A DNA stretch of 64,000 bases from an uncultured Candidatus Saccharibacteria bacterium (GTDB lineage Bacteria; Patescibacteriota; Minisyncoccia; Phycocordibacterales; DATGWK01). The position numbers and the translations under genes are program-made. The stretch is from assembly GCA_964428845.1 (NCBI GenBank), contig CAYRZH010000002.1:6924-70923 (forward strand). Reading direction: 5' to 3'. Below the pieces are notes generated by a model. That model saw only the letters and a program-made list of their open reading frames with translations, ran no database searches and was not told the DNA's origin. Of this stretch, positions 1 to 8,644 are shown piece by piece (positions within the stretch are counted from its first letter, which is position 1; the number at the start of each line of letters is the position of its first letter).

Positions 1-120
1 TTTTGCGAGCGTCGTATACCAGCTGGCAACAGATGGTGTGGTAAACACTGAGCCGATAATGCCGGCAAACTCGGAAATTGCGATGGCAACGATGAGTTTG
101 AGGGTGTGATTGGTTTTCAT
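1..120 (-). CDS. tspO: TspO/MBR tryptophan-rich sensory protein, 5' part (runs off the window)
   Basis: Not in the ORF track. Manual translation MKTNHTLKLIVAIAISEFAGIIGSVFTTPSVASWYTTLAK fits the TspO N-terminus (WY..L.K); ATG overlaps the mscL stop (ATGA). Confidence 0.8.
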   Translation of the reverse strand, partial: MKTNHTLKLIVAIAISEFAGIIGSVFTTPSVASWYTTLAK

Positions 121-530
121 GAGTTATTTTTCAATATAACTTGAGTACAGTGAGAACAACGTCTGGCGTCAATTGGGATCTCGCTTAGACATTCCTTACA
201 TTTTTTCGTTGTCGGATCTGTCGGAGCCTCCTTTCGTGATCTTGAAATAAGGTAATTCATCGGTTTAATGACGAAGAAAAAGATTGCGGTCGCAACCAAG
301 ACGAATGAAATGAGGACATTAGCAAAGTGACCATACATAAACTGACTACCGTTTAGCGTAAATGAAAGTCCCCCGAAGTCTGGTACTTTTGCTATTGCGC
401 CGATAAACGGCGTGAGAATGTCTGTTACCAATGCGTTAACTACTGTTCCAAAAGAGGCGCCGATGATAACGCCCACCGCCAGATCGACAACATTGCCCCT
501 TAGTAGAAATTGCTTAAATTCTTTTAACAT
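117..530 (-). CDS. mscL: Large-conductance mechanosensitive channel with C-terminal zinc ribbon
   Basis: MLKEFKQFLLRGNVVDLAVGVIIG signature; C-terminal CKEC...CSHC. Confidence 0.95.
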   Translation of the reverse strand: MLKEFKQFLLRGNVVDLAVGVIIGASFGTVVNALVTDILTPFIGAIAKVPDFGGLSFTLNGSQFMYGHFANVLISFVLVATAIFFFVIKPMNYLISRSRKEAPTDPTTKKCKECLSEIPIDARRCSHCTQVILKNNS

Positions 531-675
531 ATAAATAAATAATTAGATTAAAACTGTGATTAATTATAGCAAAAATTTAGGATTATATTGAGATATTTAA
601 AATCACTACTTTCAAATCGACTCGGTATCTAATACACTTGGAGTATATTAACGATAAGAAGAAGGCAAAATTTTT

Positions 676-1167
676 ATGAACAAAAACACACGGGTTATTA
701 TCACGATCGTCGCACTGGTAGTTATCATCGCCGGAACATATGCGTTAGTAAGTAATAGGGAAGGTGTGGTGAAGTCTCCCGATCAGAAGATGATAGAAGA
801 TGGTATTGTGAATGAAGGTCAAAATACAACAGATAAAGGCAATGCTCTTACGGAAATGGGTTCATATGAGGTCTATGCGCCAGAAAAGGTCATGCTTGCC
901 TCGGCCACTCATAATGTTGTTCTCTTTTTCCGGGCAAGCTGGTGCCCAACCTGTCGAGCTCTAGATGCAGATATCAGGGCTAGTCTCACAAAGATTCCAA
1001 GGAACCTCACTATCCTTGATGTGAACTATGACGACTCAACAACGCTCAAGAGAAAGTATGGGGTTACTTACCAGCATACGTTTGTGCAGGTAGACAAAGA
1101 TGGCAACCTTATCAAAAAATGGAGTGGTAGCCTGACACTCGCATCACTTGTGGCAGAGGTTAAATAA
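676..1167 (+). CDS. Membrane-anchored thioredoxin-family protein
   Basis: N-terminal TM helix, WCPTC motif, Trx fold pattern. Confidence 0.85.
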   Translation: MNKNTRVIITIVALVVIIAGTYALVSNREGVVKSPDQKMIEDGIVNEGQNTTDKGNALTEMGSYEVYAPEKVMLASATHNVVLFFRASWCPTCRALDADIRASLTKIPRNLTILDVNYDDSTTLKRKYGVTYQHTFVQVDKDGNLIKKWSGSLTLASLVAEVK

Positions 1168-1170
1168 AAT

Positions 1171-2967
1171 ATGTTGCTTCTTCTGATTTCGTTTATTGCT
1201 GGGGTGTTGACTGTGCTAGCACCCTGCATTCTGCCACTCCTGCCAGTGATCATTGGCGGCTCACTTTCTGATGGAAGAGCAGGGGGGTTCAATAAAAAAA
1301 AGGTCTTTACAATCATCCTCTCACTTGGAGTGTCGGTTATTGTCTTCACTCTGCTCCTCAAAGCGAGTACGCTATTTATAAACATTCCTGAATATGTGTG
1401 GAAATGGATTTCTGGAGGGATAATAATATTTCTAGGTCTTGTCACCCTTTTCCCGTCACTTTGGGAGGGGAGATTGCTTGCAAAGCTGAGTGCACAGTCG
1501 AATAAGCTTATTGGTAAAGGTTTCCAAAAGAAAAGTCTTTGGGGCGACGTCATTATTGGTGCGGCACTTGGCCCTGTCTTTTCAACGTGCAGTCCGACAT
1601 ATTTTATTGTTCTTGCCACTGTGTTGCCGGTGAATTTTTTTCTGGGACTTGTAGACCTTTTGGCCTATACCATAGGTCTCTGTCTCTCACTTCTCATCAT
1701 AGCTCTTGTTGGTCAAAGGATCATGGACAGACTTGATGTTGCGGCTGATCCGAATGGGTGGTTCAAGAAAGCGCTTGGCGTTCTGTTTCTTGTCGTCGGC
1801 ATAGCTATTATTAGTGGTTTTGATAAGAGAACCCAACTTTTCCTTCTTGATTCGGGTTTTTTCGATGTGACGAAAATAGAGCAGAAATTATTAGAGAAAA
1901 ATAATGAGCCGGTAGATACTGTGCTCACCCCACCAGATACCCGCACGGTAGATACTTCAACAAGCACCCCAATAAATACTTCAACAGATACTTCGACAAA
2001 AAAAGATTTGACCATGGACCCAATCAAGGAACAGAAACAATCAAAATACAAAAAGGTTCCCGAGCTGAGTTCCATTGCTGGTTATCTGAATACTGATGGG
2101 AAGCCAATAACGCTAGCTGATCTTCGGGGGAAGGTAGTTCTCCTTGATATCTGGACGTACAGTTGCATAAATTGTCAGAGAACATTGCCGTATATAAATG
2201 AATGGTACGCTAAGTATAAAGATCAGGGATTTGTTGTGGTGGGGGTCCACACTCCAGAATTTGCCTTTGAAAAAATACAACTAAATGTCGAAAAAGCAAT
2301 CAATAGATTTGGCATAAAATATCCGGTGGTTCTCGATAACAACTACTCGACATGGAATGCTCTCGGTAACTTATATTGGCCACGTAAATATCTTGTCGAT
2401 ATTGATGGGTACATTGTCTACGACCATATTGGTGAAGGGGCATATGAGGAAACAGAGAGAGCTATCCAAAACGCTCTCAAAGAACGTGCTACCCGTATGG
2501 GCATAGAAAATGAGATAACTACGACTACAAGCAGGCCGGCAGGTGTTGTGTCGGTAGATTCAAGTAGGGTAAAAAGTCCCGAAACATATTTTGGGTCAGA
2601 CCGAAATGAATATCTGGCAAACGGTACCGCGGGCCGCCCAGGTGAACAGATTTTTTTGATTCCTACAACAACGTATTTTAACAAGTTGTATCTGGGTGGT
2701 ACCTGGAATATAACTTCTGAATATGCTGAAAATAAAAGTGTGGGAAGTATCGTTTTCGGTTATGAGGCAAAAAATGTTTACATCACTGCGGGATCGGCAG
2801 AAGGTACTGAAGTAGAAATTTATAAGGATAATGTGTTTGTAAAAAAAATAACCATCAAAGACGAAACCCTCTATCCGCTCATAGAAGATGTAGACTATGG
2901 GAAACATGTACTCAAGATTGTGATCCCAAAGTCTGGATTACAGGCATTTACCTTTACATTCGGGTAA
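1171..2967 (+). CDS. dipZ: DipZ-like protein (CcdA/DsbD membrane domain + thioredoxin + C-terminal domain)
   Basis: LAPCILPLLP membrane motif, WTYSCINC redoxin motif, VHTPEFAFE, SPETYFG. Confidence 0.85.
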   Translation: MLLLLISFIAGVLTVLAPCILPLLPVIIGGSLSDGRAGGFNKKKVFTIILSLGVSVIVFTLLLKASTLFINIPEYVWKWISGGIIIFLGLVTLFPSLWEGRLLAKLSAQSNKLIGKGFQKKSLWGDVIIGAALGPVFSTCSPTYFIVLATVLPVNFFLGLVDLLAYTIGLCLSLLIIALVGQRIMDRLDVAADPNGWFKKALGVLFLVVGIAIISGFDKRTQLFLLDSGFFDVTKIEQKLLEKNNEPVDTVLTPPDTRTVDTSTSTPINTSTDTSTKKDLTMDPIKEQKQSKYKKVPELSSIAGYLNTDGKPITLADLRGKVVLLDIWTYSCINCQRTLPYINEWYAKYKDQGFVVVGVHTPEFAFEKIQLNVEKAINRFGIKYPVVLDNNYSTWNALGNLYWPRKYLVDIDGYIVYDHIGEGAYEETERAIQNALKERATRMGIENEITTTTSRPAGVVSVDSSRVKSPETYFGSDRNEYLANGTAGRPGEQIFLIPTTTYFNKLYLGGTWNITSEYAENKSVGSIVFGYEAKNVYITAGSAEGTEVEIYKDNVFVKKITIKDETLYPLIEDVDYGKHVLKIVIPKSGLQAFTFTFG

Positions 2968-2983
2968 AAAATAAATAATTGAT

Positions 2984-3022
2984 AAAAAAACGGCCAGAAT
3001 CCTCCTTAGAGAATCCTGGCCG
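2984..3022 (-). terminator. Intrinsic terminator of the 3041-4051 cassette
   Basis: A7 + CGGCCAG...CTGGCCG hairpin (U-tract on the minus strand). Confidence 0.65.
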
Positions 3023-3040
3023 CACTGCTTCGATGATGAA

Positions 3041-4051
3041 CTACATGACTGATACGTTCTCGTCCGGATGGAATGCCTTCCGCAGTTCAGGCCTCTGATT
3101 CCACATCCGCACCGCCGTTCTCACAAGGTCGCGAATCTGGGGAAGCGTTCCCTGCAGACCGAGGACGTACATATGATGTGAGTCTGGCCGAAGCTGGAAC
3201 GTCACGTAGCTGACGGCGTCTTGGAGCATAACGCGGTCGTAGCCGCACATTTCAGCCGCCAGCACCTTCACCGACCCGAACTGGCCGGACGCTCCGCGAA
3301 ACTTTGCGCCGTCCAGGACTGCCTTCATTCCATTGAAGTAGACTTCATCCTGGAAGGTGATGCACAGCTCGTAGAGCATTCCGCCGATAGTGACGATGTC
3401 GTGATCCTTGTCAATCGCGCCGCGCGTCATGATCGAGGTGTCGAGCCAGAGGTTCTCATAGACATTGGCGCCTGTCTGGAGCTCCTCGAATCCCTGATCT
3501 GGTTCGCCGTAGATCGTAACGTGGACTGCACGATCACGGAATTCGCCGAATCTGGAATCAGGCGCGTCGTCGTTCTTCGTATCTGTGTACCACGCTTCGA
3601 CGGTGACCCAGACGATGTACTTCGTTTCCTTCCACACCGGATCGGAGTGCAGATAACCCGTGCCGTGCGCATTGAGGCGTTTGGACCTCCAGAGCACCCA
3701 CCAGGCATAAATCTCATCGAGACTTCGTTTGCGTTCCGCAGAGTTGCGCGGAAAGTTGAGCTGGTTGAGGATCTCGCCATCGGCGTCGATAGCGAATGCG
3801 TACTCGCCTCGGCGCATGACCTGATCCTTACGGTTGCCTTTGAGATGGAAGATACACGAGGAATCGCCGAGACCAACGTTGTCCGCTCTGCGATACATGA
3901 GATCTCCGTCCGCTTTTTCCACTCTGATGGTCAGATCATCAACCTTGACCCCGCGCTCGCCGTCGAAAGGTTCCATGCGGGACGCGATTATTCTTTCCAC
4001 GAAGGGATATTGCTTAAGCAACTCGCGGTTCTTCGAGGCCGTCGGCTTCAT
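3041..4051 (-). CDS. Hypothetical protein (orphan cassette)
   Basis: 336-aa ORF, AGGAGG SD before ATG, promoter and terminator in the same orientation. Confidence 0.75.
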   Translation of the reverse strand: MKPTASKNRELLKQYPFVERIIASRMEPFDGERGVKVDDLTIRVEKADGDLMYRRADNVGLGDSSCIFHLKGNRKDQVMRRGEYAFAIDADGEILNQLNFPRNSAERKRSLDEIYAWWVLWRSKRLNAHGTGYLHSDPVWKETKYIVWVTVEAWYTDTKNDDAPDSRFGEFRDRAVHVTIYGEPDQGFEELQTGANVYENLWLDTSIMTRGAIDKDHDIVTIGGMLYELCITFQDEVYFNGMKAVLDGAKFRGASGQFGSVKVLAAEMCGYDRVMLQDAVSYVTFQLRPDSHHMYVLGLQGTLPQIRDLVRTAVRMWNQRPELRKAFHPDENVSVM

Positions 4052-4195
4052 TTCGTGCCCTCCTACGTTCCGTAGTTTTCAAATTGTTGGCGTTCCGCCA
4101 ACAGTCGGCCTACATCGGACGACAATATAAAATATAATGATTTCTTCAATCCGTCAATTCTTTTTGAAGGTTCTTAACCGTACGAAAAAATGGAG

Positions 4196-4245
4196 AGGGA
4201 ATTGGGTTATTTGAAGTTTATTTAGTATAAAAGAAAACCGCCCCC
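4196..4245. repeat. Cassette-boundary repeat, copy A
   Basis: AGGGAATTGGGTTATTTGAAGTTTATTTAGTATAAAAGAAAACCGCCCC, similar to 4826-4876. Confidence 0.7.
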
Positions 4246-4268
4246 AACGGCTTTCCGTTGGGGGCGGG
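4233..4268 (-). terminator. Intrinsic terminator of the 4276-4665 cassette
   Basis: CCGCCCCCAACGG-CTTT-CCGTTGGGGGCGG perfect stem with an A-tract on its left. Confidence 0.8.
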
Positions 4269-4275
4269 ACTGATT

Positions 4276-4665
4276 TCAGCTTGCGAGCTGGACCTCGGAC
4301 GCACTGATGATCGGCGCCCAGGCTTCTTCAAGGGTTGGGAAGGCCTTGAGCGCCACTTCCACAAACCCATGAAGATTTCGATACGCGAACTCGACATCGT
4401 TGCTGTAGAGAGGAACCTGCCTCTCGCTCGAATAGACGAGGGTTGCGAACCCTGTCAGCTTCCAGCATTCGACGGCTCTCGAATGCTTCATTACCCTGAA
4501 GGTCCATCTGCACGACTCAGATTCGACCGTGGCTTCGATTCCATCCTTAGAAGAAAAGGGGACCATGCCGAAGGTCATTCTGATGACCTGATCGATCTCC
4601 GACCGCATCCTGTCGATGTTCCGTGAGCCCCGAATCAGACGAGCCGCGGTCTCCGTGCTGTTCAT
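4276..4665 (-). CDS. Hypothetical protein (orphan cassette)
   Basis: 129 aa, AAAGGAG SD, promoter TTGACT-N17-TAATAT at 4766-4738. Confidence 0.75.
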   Translation of the reverse strand: MNSTETAARLIRGSRNIDRMRSEIDQVIRMTFGMVPFSSKDGIEATVESESCRWTFRVMKHSRAVECWKLTGFATLVYSSERQVPLYSNDVEFAYRNLHGFVEVALKAFPTLEEAWAPIISASEVQLAS

Positions 4666-4825
4666 TGCAAACTCCTTTTCTCAAAGGGCCCTCTCGGGCG
4701 GGTGATGAGCATCTCTGCTCGGGAACTAACTTTCCATATATTACACTAAATAACAAAAAAAGTCAAGTAATCGTAATGGTTCAATACCTTGGAAAATTTT
4801 AGAACTCTAGATGGGGGAAACGGCT

Positions 4826-4876
4826 AGGGGATTAAGTTATTTGAAATTTAGTTTTGTATAAAAGAAAGACCGCCCC
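4826..4876. repeat. Cassette-boundary repeat, copy B
   Basis: AGGGGATTAAGTTATTTGAAATTTAGTTTTGTATAAAAGAAAGACCGCCCC. Confidence 0.7.
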
Positions 4877-4907
4877 GTGCACCAGGGCGGTCTTGGTTCT
4901 TGTGGAG

Positions 4908-5314
4908 TTAGCTTTTGAGAGAAAGCCACTCCTTCTCCCCGAGTTGTCGTACACGCCCTTCGATGAGCGTCGCAATCATGCTGATCTCTTCCGCGGTTAC
5001 CCACGGTAGACCATCACTTTTGCGTCGACAAACCTGGGATATGTAGAAGCATCGTCGCACGAGCTCCTCCACAAGATCCAGGCGGTCTGATTGTTCGCAA
5101 GAGCCACGCGCCGTGACACTTGCCGCACTTGCGAGGAATCTCTCGACGTAGCCGAGATATTCATCGGGTGCCACGAGGCAGTGGAGAGGGTCAACCTCAT
5201 TCCATGCCTCGTAAACGATCGGACCGATTGGCCCCCATTTCTCCAGAAGTGCAGCCGAGATTCGACTCTCGTACGCACAGCTGAAAGAGGGAAGACCGGG
5301 GTTGTGGCTCGTCA
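4908..5314 (-). CDS. Hypothetical protein (orphan cassette)
   Basis: Start re-called at ATG 5314 (AAAGGA SD); terminator GACCGCCC...GGGCGGTC at about 4868-4892. Confidence 0.65.
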
Positions 5315-5590
5315 TGGTTTTTCCTTTGTGGTTCGGGGTTTCCGACACAATTAAGAAAAAACCTAACCTAACACTGCATGGCCCCACTTGGGTTCGCCAT
5401 GATGTGCCACAACCTTTCTGGTGTTTACCCTAACATATCGATAGTTTTTTGTCAAATAGTGCTCTGACTCGTGGGCAAGTTCAGAATTCTTAATTGGGTA
5501 AATATAGAAAGGGAATTGAGCCGATTAGGTTTTACATAAAACACAAAACCCGCCCTTCCAACGAGTCTTGTGACTAATTGAGAGTGCGGG

Positions 5591-5857
5591 TCATTCTTGC
5601 GCCATTTTCAGAAGCACCCCTTTCGCCCCGTTGAGCACCCGTATCTGGGTTTCGACACACGGTTCTAACGATTGAGGGACTCCCCCTGACAAAAGTCGCT
5701 GCAGGGTATTGACGTTCTGGCAGAAAATACAAAGGCCTTGAAGGAACATGGCAACAGTCTCAGCCGTTGGCATTTCACCCCTCAGGATCTTCCTTTGTAA
5801 CCCAGCGGCGATAACCAGCATGTCTTCGTCATTCAAATGTGCAGTTAAAGGTGTGAT
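5591..5857 (-). CDS. Small hypothetical protein (orphan cassette; start uncertain)
   Basis: AAAGGAGGTG SD is spaced for an in-frame ATC at 5857; ORF track uses TTG 5836; promoter TTGACA-N17-TAGTAT at 5910-5882. Confidence 0.55.
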   Translation of the reverse strand: MTPLTAHLNDEDMLVIAAGLQRKILRGEMPTAETVAMFLQGLCIFCQNVNTLQRLLSGGVPQSLEPCVETQIRVLNGAKGVLLKMAQE

Positions 5858-6093
5858 TTGAACACCTCCTTTCTGTGTGAAATACTATCACAATAAAGAA
5901 TATGTGTCAACTACGCTAATGGCTCCGCACATTTCATCTTTACCGAACTGTATAAAATCTATCCACTAGTTAAATCGAGTATGGAAAGAATGAGAAGGTT
6001 GAGTTTCTTTGATATATCAATGAAATTTTCACAAAGTGCACATGTTCGTTTTTAGCAAAGGAAAAGGGTTCGCATATTGCGAACCCTTTAAAA

Positions 6094-6675
6094 CTAACGA
6101 ACCCTACCGGTTGCTCTCCATTTTTTCCAGATTGGTAACCATTTTCCCCGAAACAATCCAAGGTGAATTACATCGTGGTACCTTCCATTCTTGAAGAAAT
6201 GCTTTTTCTTCCTGCCCTCGATCTCGTAGCCGCAGTGTAAGCTATAGGCAAGACTGCGCATATTATAGGCGAGTGCCTCTGAGCATATCCTGCGAAGATT
6301 AAGAACATTGAAGGCATAGTCGAGGAGAGTCATCTTGGCGTCTGTGCCAAATCCCTTGCCCCAATATTTCTTCTCTCCGATAAGTGTTCCAGTCGTGGCT
6401 ACTCTGTGTACCCACTCAATCTGATGGATGCCGATGACCCCAATGGGAATACCTTGTTTGGTCTCAATACAAAGAACGATATTCTTGTCATCAGAATCGA
6501 GCTTGTTTAGCCATTCTTCCTCCTGCTTCTCTGTATGAGGAAATGCGATAGAAACAAATTCTCTTATTTCCGGATCATTAATCCAACGTGTGATAATTGG
6601 TACATCAGCCCTAGTGAGTGGACGAAGATTTACTTTTCTACCAGAAAGGAAAACAACTCTCTGCTTGTTTGTCAT
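6094..6675 (-). CDS. GNAT N-acetyltransferase, RimJ/RimL-like
   Basis: LRPL...WINDPE, YWGKGFGTDA motif A, YAFNVLNLRRI; start re-called at ATG 6675 with GGAG SD. Confidence 0.9.
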   Translation of the reverse strand: MTNKQRVVFLSGRKVNLRPLTRADVPIITRWINDPEIREFVSIAFPHTEKQEEEWLNKLDSDDKNIVLCIETKQGIPIGVIGIHQIEWVHRVATTGTLIGEKKYWGKGFGTDAKMTLLDYAFNVLNLRRICSEALAYNMRSLAYSLHCGYEIEGRKKKHFFKNGRYHDVIHLGLFRGKWLPIWKKWRATGRVR

Positions 6676-6919
6676 TTTTTCTCCGATCGTTAAAGAACAA
6701 AAATGCCTCAGCGACATGCCGAGACAATTTATACAACCCAACTTTTAGTTCCTTTTAATTAGATAGAGATGCATAGATTGTCCCAGCAAAAATGCCCTTG
6801 CCGTCGGCAAAGGTATTAAGCACAATATTCATTTGGGAACATCTATGATTATTCATAGCCAAATAAAGATAGCAGGAAAATATTGTGGTGTCAAACTGGG
6901 CCCCGCGTTGTTGAGGATG

Positions 6920-7177
6920 TTAGAACCCATTTAGCCAGTATCTTTTGATTATCGGCAAAGATAGAGTAGAGAGAATGTAACCTAAAACTGGGACAAAGGC
7001 TTTTAGCCAAAAGTTGTTTTCATGAATCATTACGAGCCAAATAGCGGCGACAATGTATGTGATTATCGAAATCGTGAATCTTCGAACCCAACTTACTTCC
7101 CAAGCCTTGTCATTTTCTACACGATTGTTACGCTCTCTAATTGTCTTAAGCTCAGTTTCTATTTCTTGTGTATTCAT
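6920..7177 (-). CDS. Small membrane protein
   Basis: RNNRVENDKAWEVSW followed by 2 TM helices; start re-called at ATG 7177. Confidence 0.7.
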   Translation of the reverse strand: MNTQEIETELKTIRERNNRVENDKAWEVSWVRRFTISIITYIVAAIWLVMIHENNFWLKAFVPVLGYILSTLSLPIIKRYWLNGF

Positions 7178-7247
7178 GAAAGTAATAATAGCAAACATAA
7201 AAAGAAAACCACCGGATGAGTACCCGGCGGTCTTTTGAGTGGCGTTT

Positions 7248-7832
7248 TTAGGTAACCACTTCACTACCTCTTATTTCTTCAGCTCCTTTTCTGTGAAGTG
7301 CGGCGGCGGCGATGAGGCCACAGAGGATCACACAGACACCTGGGTAGAATCGCTCTTCGATCAACCAACCCTTGCCTCCCATTAGTGAGAGGAAGTTGGC
7401 GACGACGTACCCAATGTATATGTACCCGGTCTGCTTGTCGGGCTTCCGCCATGATTCCACGATCTGCGGTACCCCTGCGATGAAAACCGCAAGAGTGCTC
7501 GCAACGATCGCTGTTCTCGATCCGCTCATTTTCCAAACCACCAAACAAATGATGACCAGTGCGAGTATGAGCCACTCGAACCAGGTCCATTTGAATAGTT
7601 TTTTGTAAAGAAGCGAAGCAATCACGAACGACCCGCCAATCACATAGAAGACGAGCAAGAGAAAGTTTCCTCTCTCAATGATCGTGCTCACCATTGCTAT
7701 GGCGTCCAAGAAGACCCAAAGCATCCAAGCTGCGACGCTTTGCTTTACTTCACCTCTCATGATGCCTCGGATAAGCGGGACGTATAGCAGGAAGGCAAGC
7801 AGACCGCCCGCCCAGGCCAAAGTGCTCTCCAT
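7248..7832 (-). CDS. Multi-pass membrane protein (PQ-loop-like repeat)
   Basis: About 6-7 hydrophobic segments, VPQI motif, AAAGGAG SD, promoter TTGACT-N17-TACTAT at 7917-7889. Confidence 0.75.
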   Translation of the reverse strand: MESTLAWAGGLLAFLLYVPLIRGIMRGEVKQSVAAWMLWVFLDAIAMVSTIIERGNFLLLVFYVIGGSFVIASLLYKKLFKWTWFEWLILALVIICLVVWKMSGSRTAIVASTLAVFIAGVPQIVESWRKPDKQTGYIYIGYVVANFLSLMGGKGWLIEERFYPGVCVILCGLIAAAALHRKGAEEIRGSEVVT

Positions 7833-7924
7833 TGGGCGATCTCCTTTATTTGAACTGTTTTGGGAAGGTGCTAAAAAACTCTAGCTATATAGTAGCATTA
7901 TTTTTTAAACGAGTCAAGTTTCAG

Positions 7925-8242
7925 CTCCGCGGGTAGGATTCGAACCTACGACCAATCGCTTACATTTGCTCCAAGCTTTCGCTCGGTATGGACTATATCA
8001 TCATCCTTCACCTGGTGGGTGGTTTGGATGTGGGGCGCTTCGTTCTGCTCTTGCAGAACTACTCTCTTGCGAGATAGTCTCTGAACCTTTCCTTTGATAA
8101 TTAATCTGGGGACTTGGCTGCTGATTGCCCACGGCTTTACGTTTGGGTTTCCAGCAATTCACCTCATTTTTCAGCCCGTATTCCTACGGGAAGCTGCGTA
8201 ATTTCGACACAGGCGATCGCTCTACCACTGAGCTACCGCGGA
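7925..8242 (-). tRNA. trnN: tRNA-Asn(GUU), split by an intron; exons 8242-8209 and 7962-7925
   Basis: Joined exons give TCCGCGGTAGCTCAGTGGTAGAGCGATCGCCTGT|TAAGCGATTGGTCGTAGGTTCGAATCCTACCCGCGGAG, a complete 72-nt cloverleaf with loop CT-GTT-AA; CCA not encoded. Confidence 0.95.
7963..8208 (-). ncRNA. Group I self-splicing intron (246 nt, no ORF)
   Basis: Exon ends in U, intron ends in G; P/Q/R/S elements AATTGCTGGAA, AATCAGCAG, GTTCAGAGACTA, GATATAGTCC; P1 CUGU|GU pairs with ACGCAG giving the U.G splice pair. Confidence 0.95.
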
Positions 8243-8310
8243 ATATTATATTTTCTACAAACTTCAAAGAACGCTGAACATCATAGCAAAAACTCCTCTA
8301 TAATAAAAGC

Positions 8311-8544
8311 ATGTACATCAAAATCCGCGCCGTACCATCGGCTAAAAAAGAGCTGTTCGAGCAAGTCTCCAAAGACCACTTTAAGATTACTGTGCGCGAG
8401 AAGCCGAAGAACAACCAGGCCAATCAGCGCATCGTCGCTCTCGTGGCTTCCCACTTCAAGATCGCTTCAGGGAAGGTGAGAATTATTTCAGGCCATCATT
8501 CGCCAAGCAAAATTCTTTCAGTCGATATTGAAACAGTCGGTTAA
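8311..8544 (+). CDS. DUF167/YggU family protein
   Basis: I.AVP.AK...V.EKP.NNQAN...V.IISG.HS..K pattern. Confidence 0.85.
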   Translation: MYIKIRAVPSAKKELFEQVSKDHFKITVREKPKNNQANQRIVALVASHFKIASGKVRIISGHHSPSKILSVDIETVG

Positions 8545-8644
8545 ATGTGTCCTATAAATTCCCAAGCACTATCTTTTGCTGATTTTGTAATTTTCTTTAG
8601 ACCAATTTGTTATAATGAAAAAGATTATCAGTAACCATACGAGC

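Noticed and set aside
1905-2000. Thr/Ser/Asp-rich quasi-repeat (GATAC units) in dipZ
   Set aside because: Ordinary low-complexity linker between the membrane and thioredoxin domains
3221-4075. 284-aa plus-strand ORF, and similar shadow ORFs such as 18826-19377, 1068-1619 and 31728-32339
   Set aside because: Antisense to genes that have SD, promoter and terminator or clear family motifs; long shadow frames are expected in GC-rich or strongly biased coding DNA
3041-7917. Classical integron cassette array
   Set aside because: No RYYYAAC...GTTRRRY attC folds recognised, cassettes have their own promoters, and no IntI is present; the Xer-like gene at 54845 lacks catalytic residues
8114-8479. ORF overlapping the intron, as a possible homing endonuclease
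   Set aside because: Wrong strand, spans the tRNA exon and DUF167, no LAGLIDADG/HNH/GIY-YIG motif
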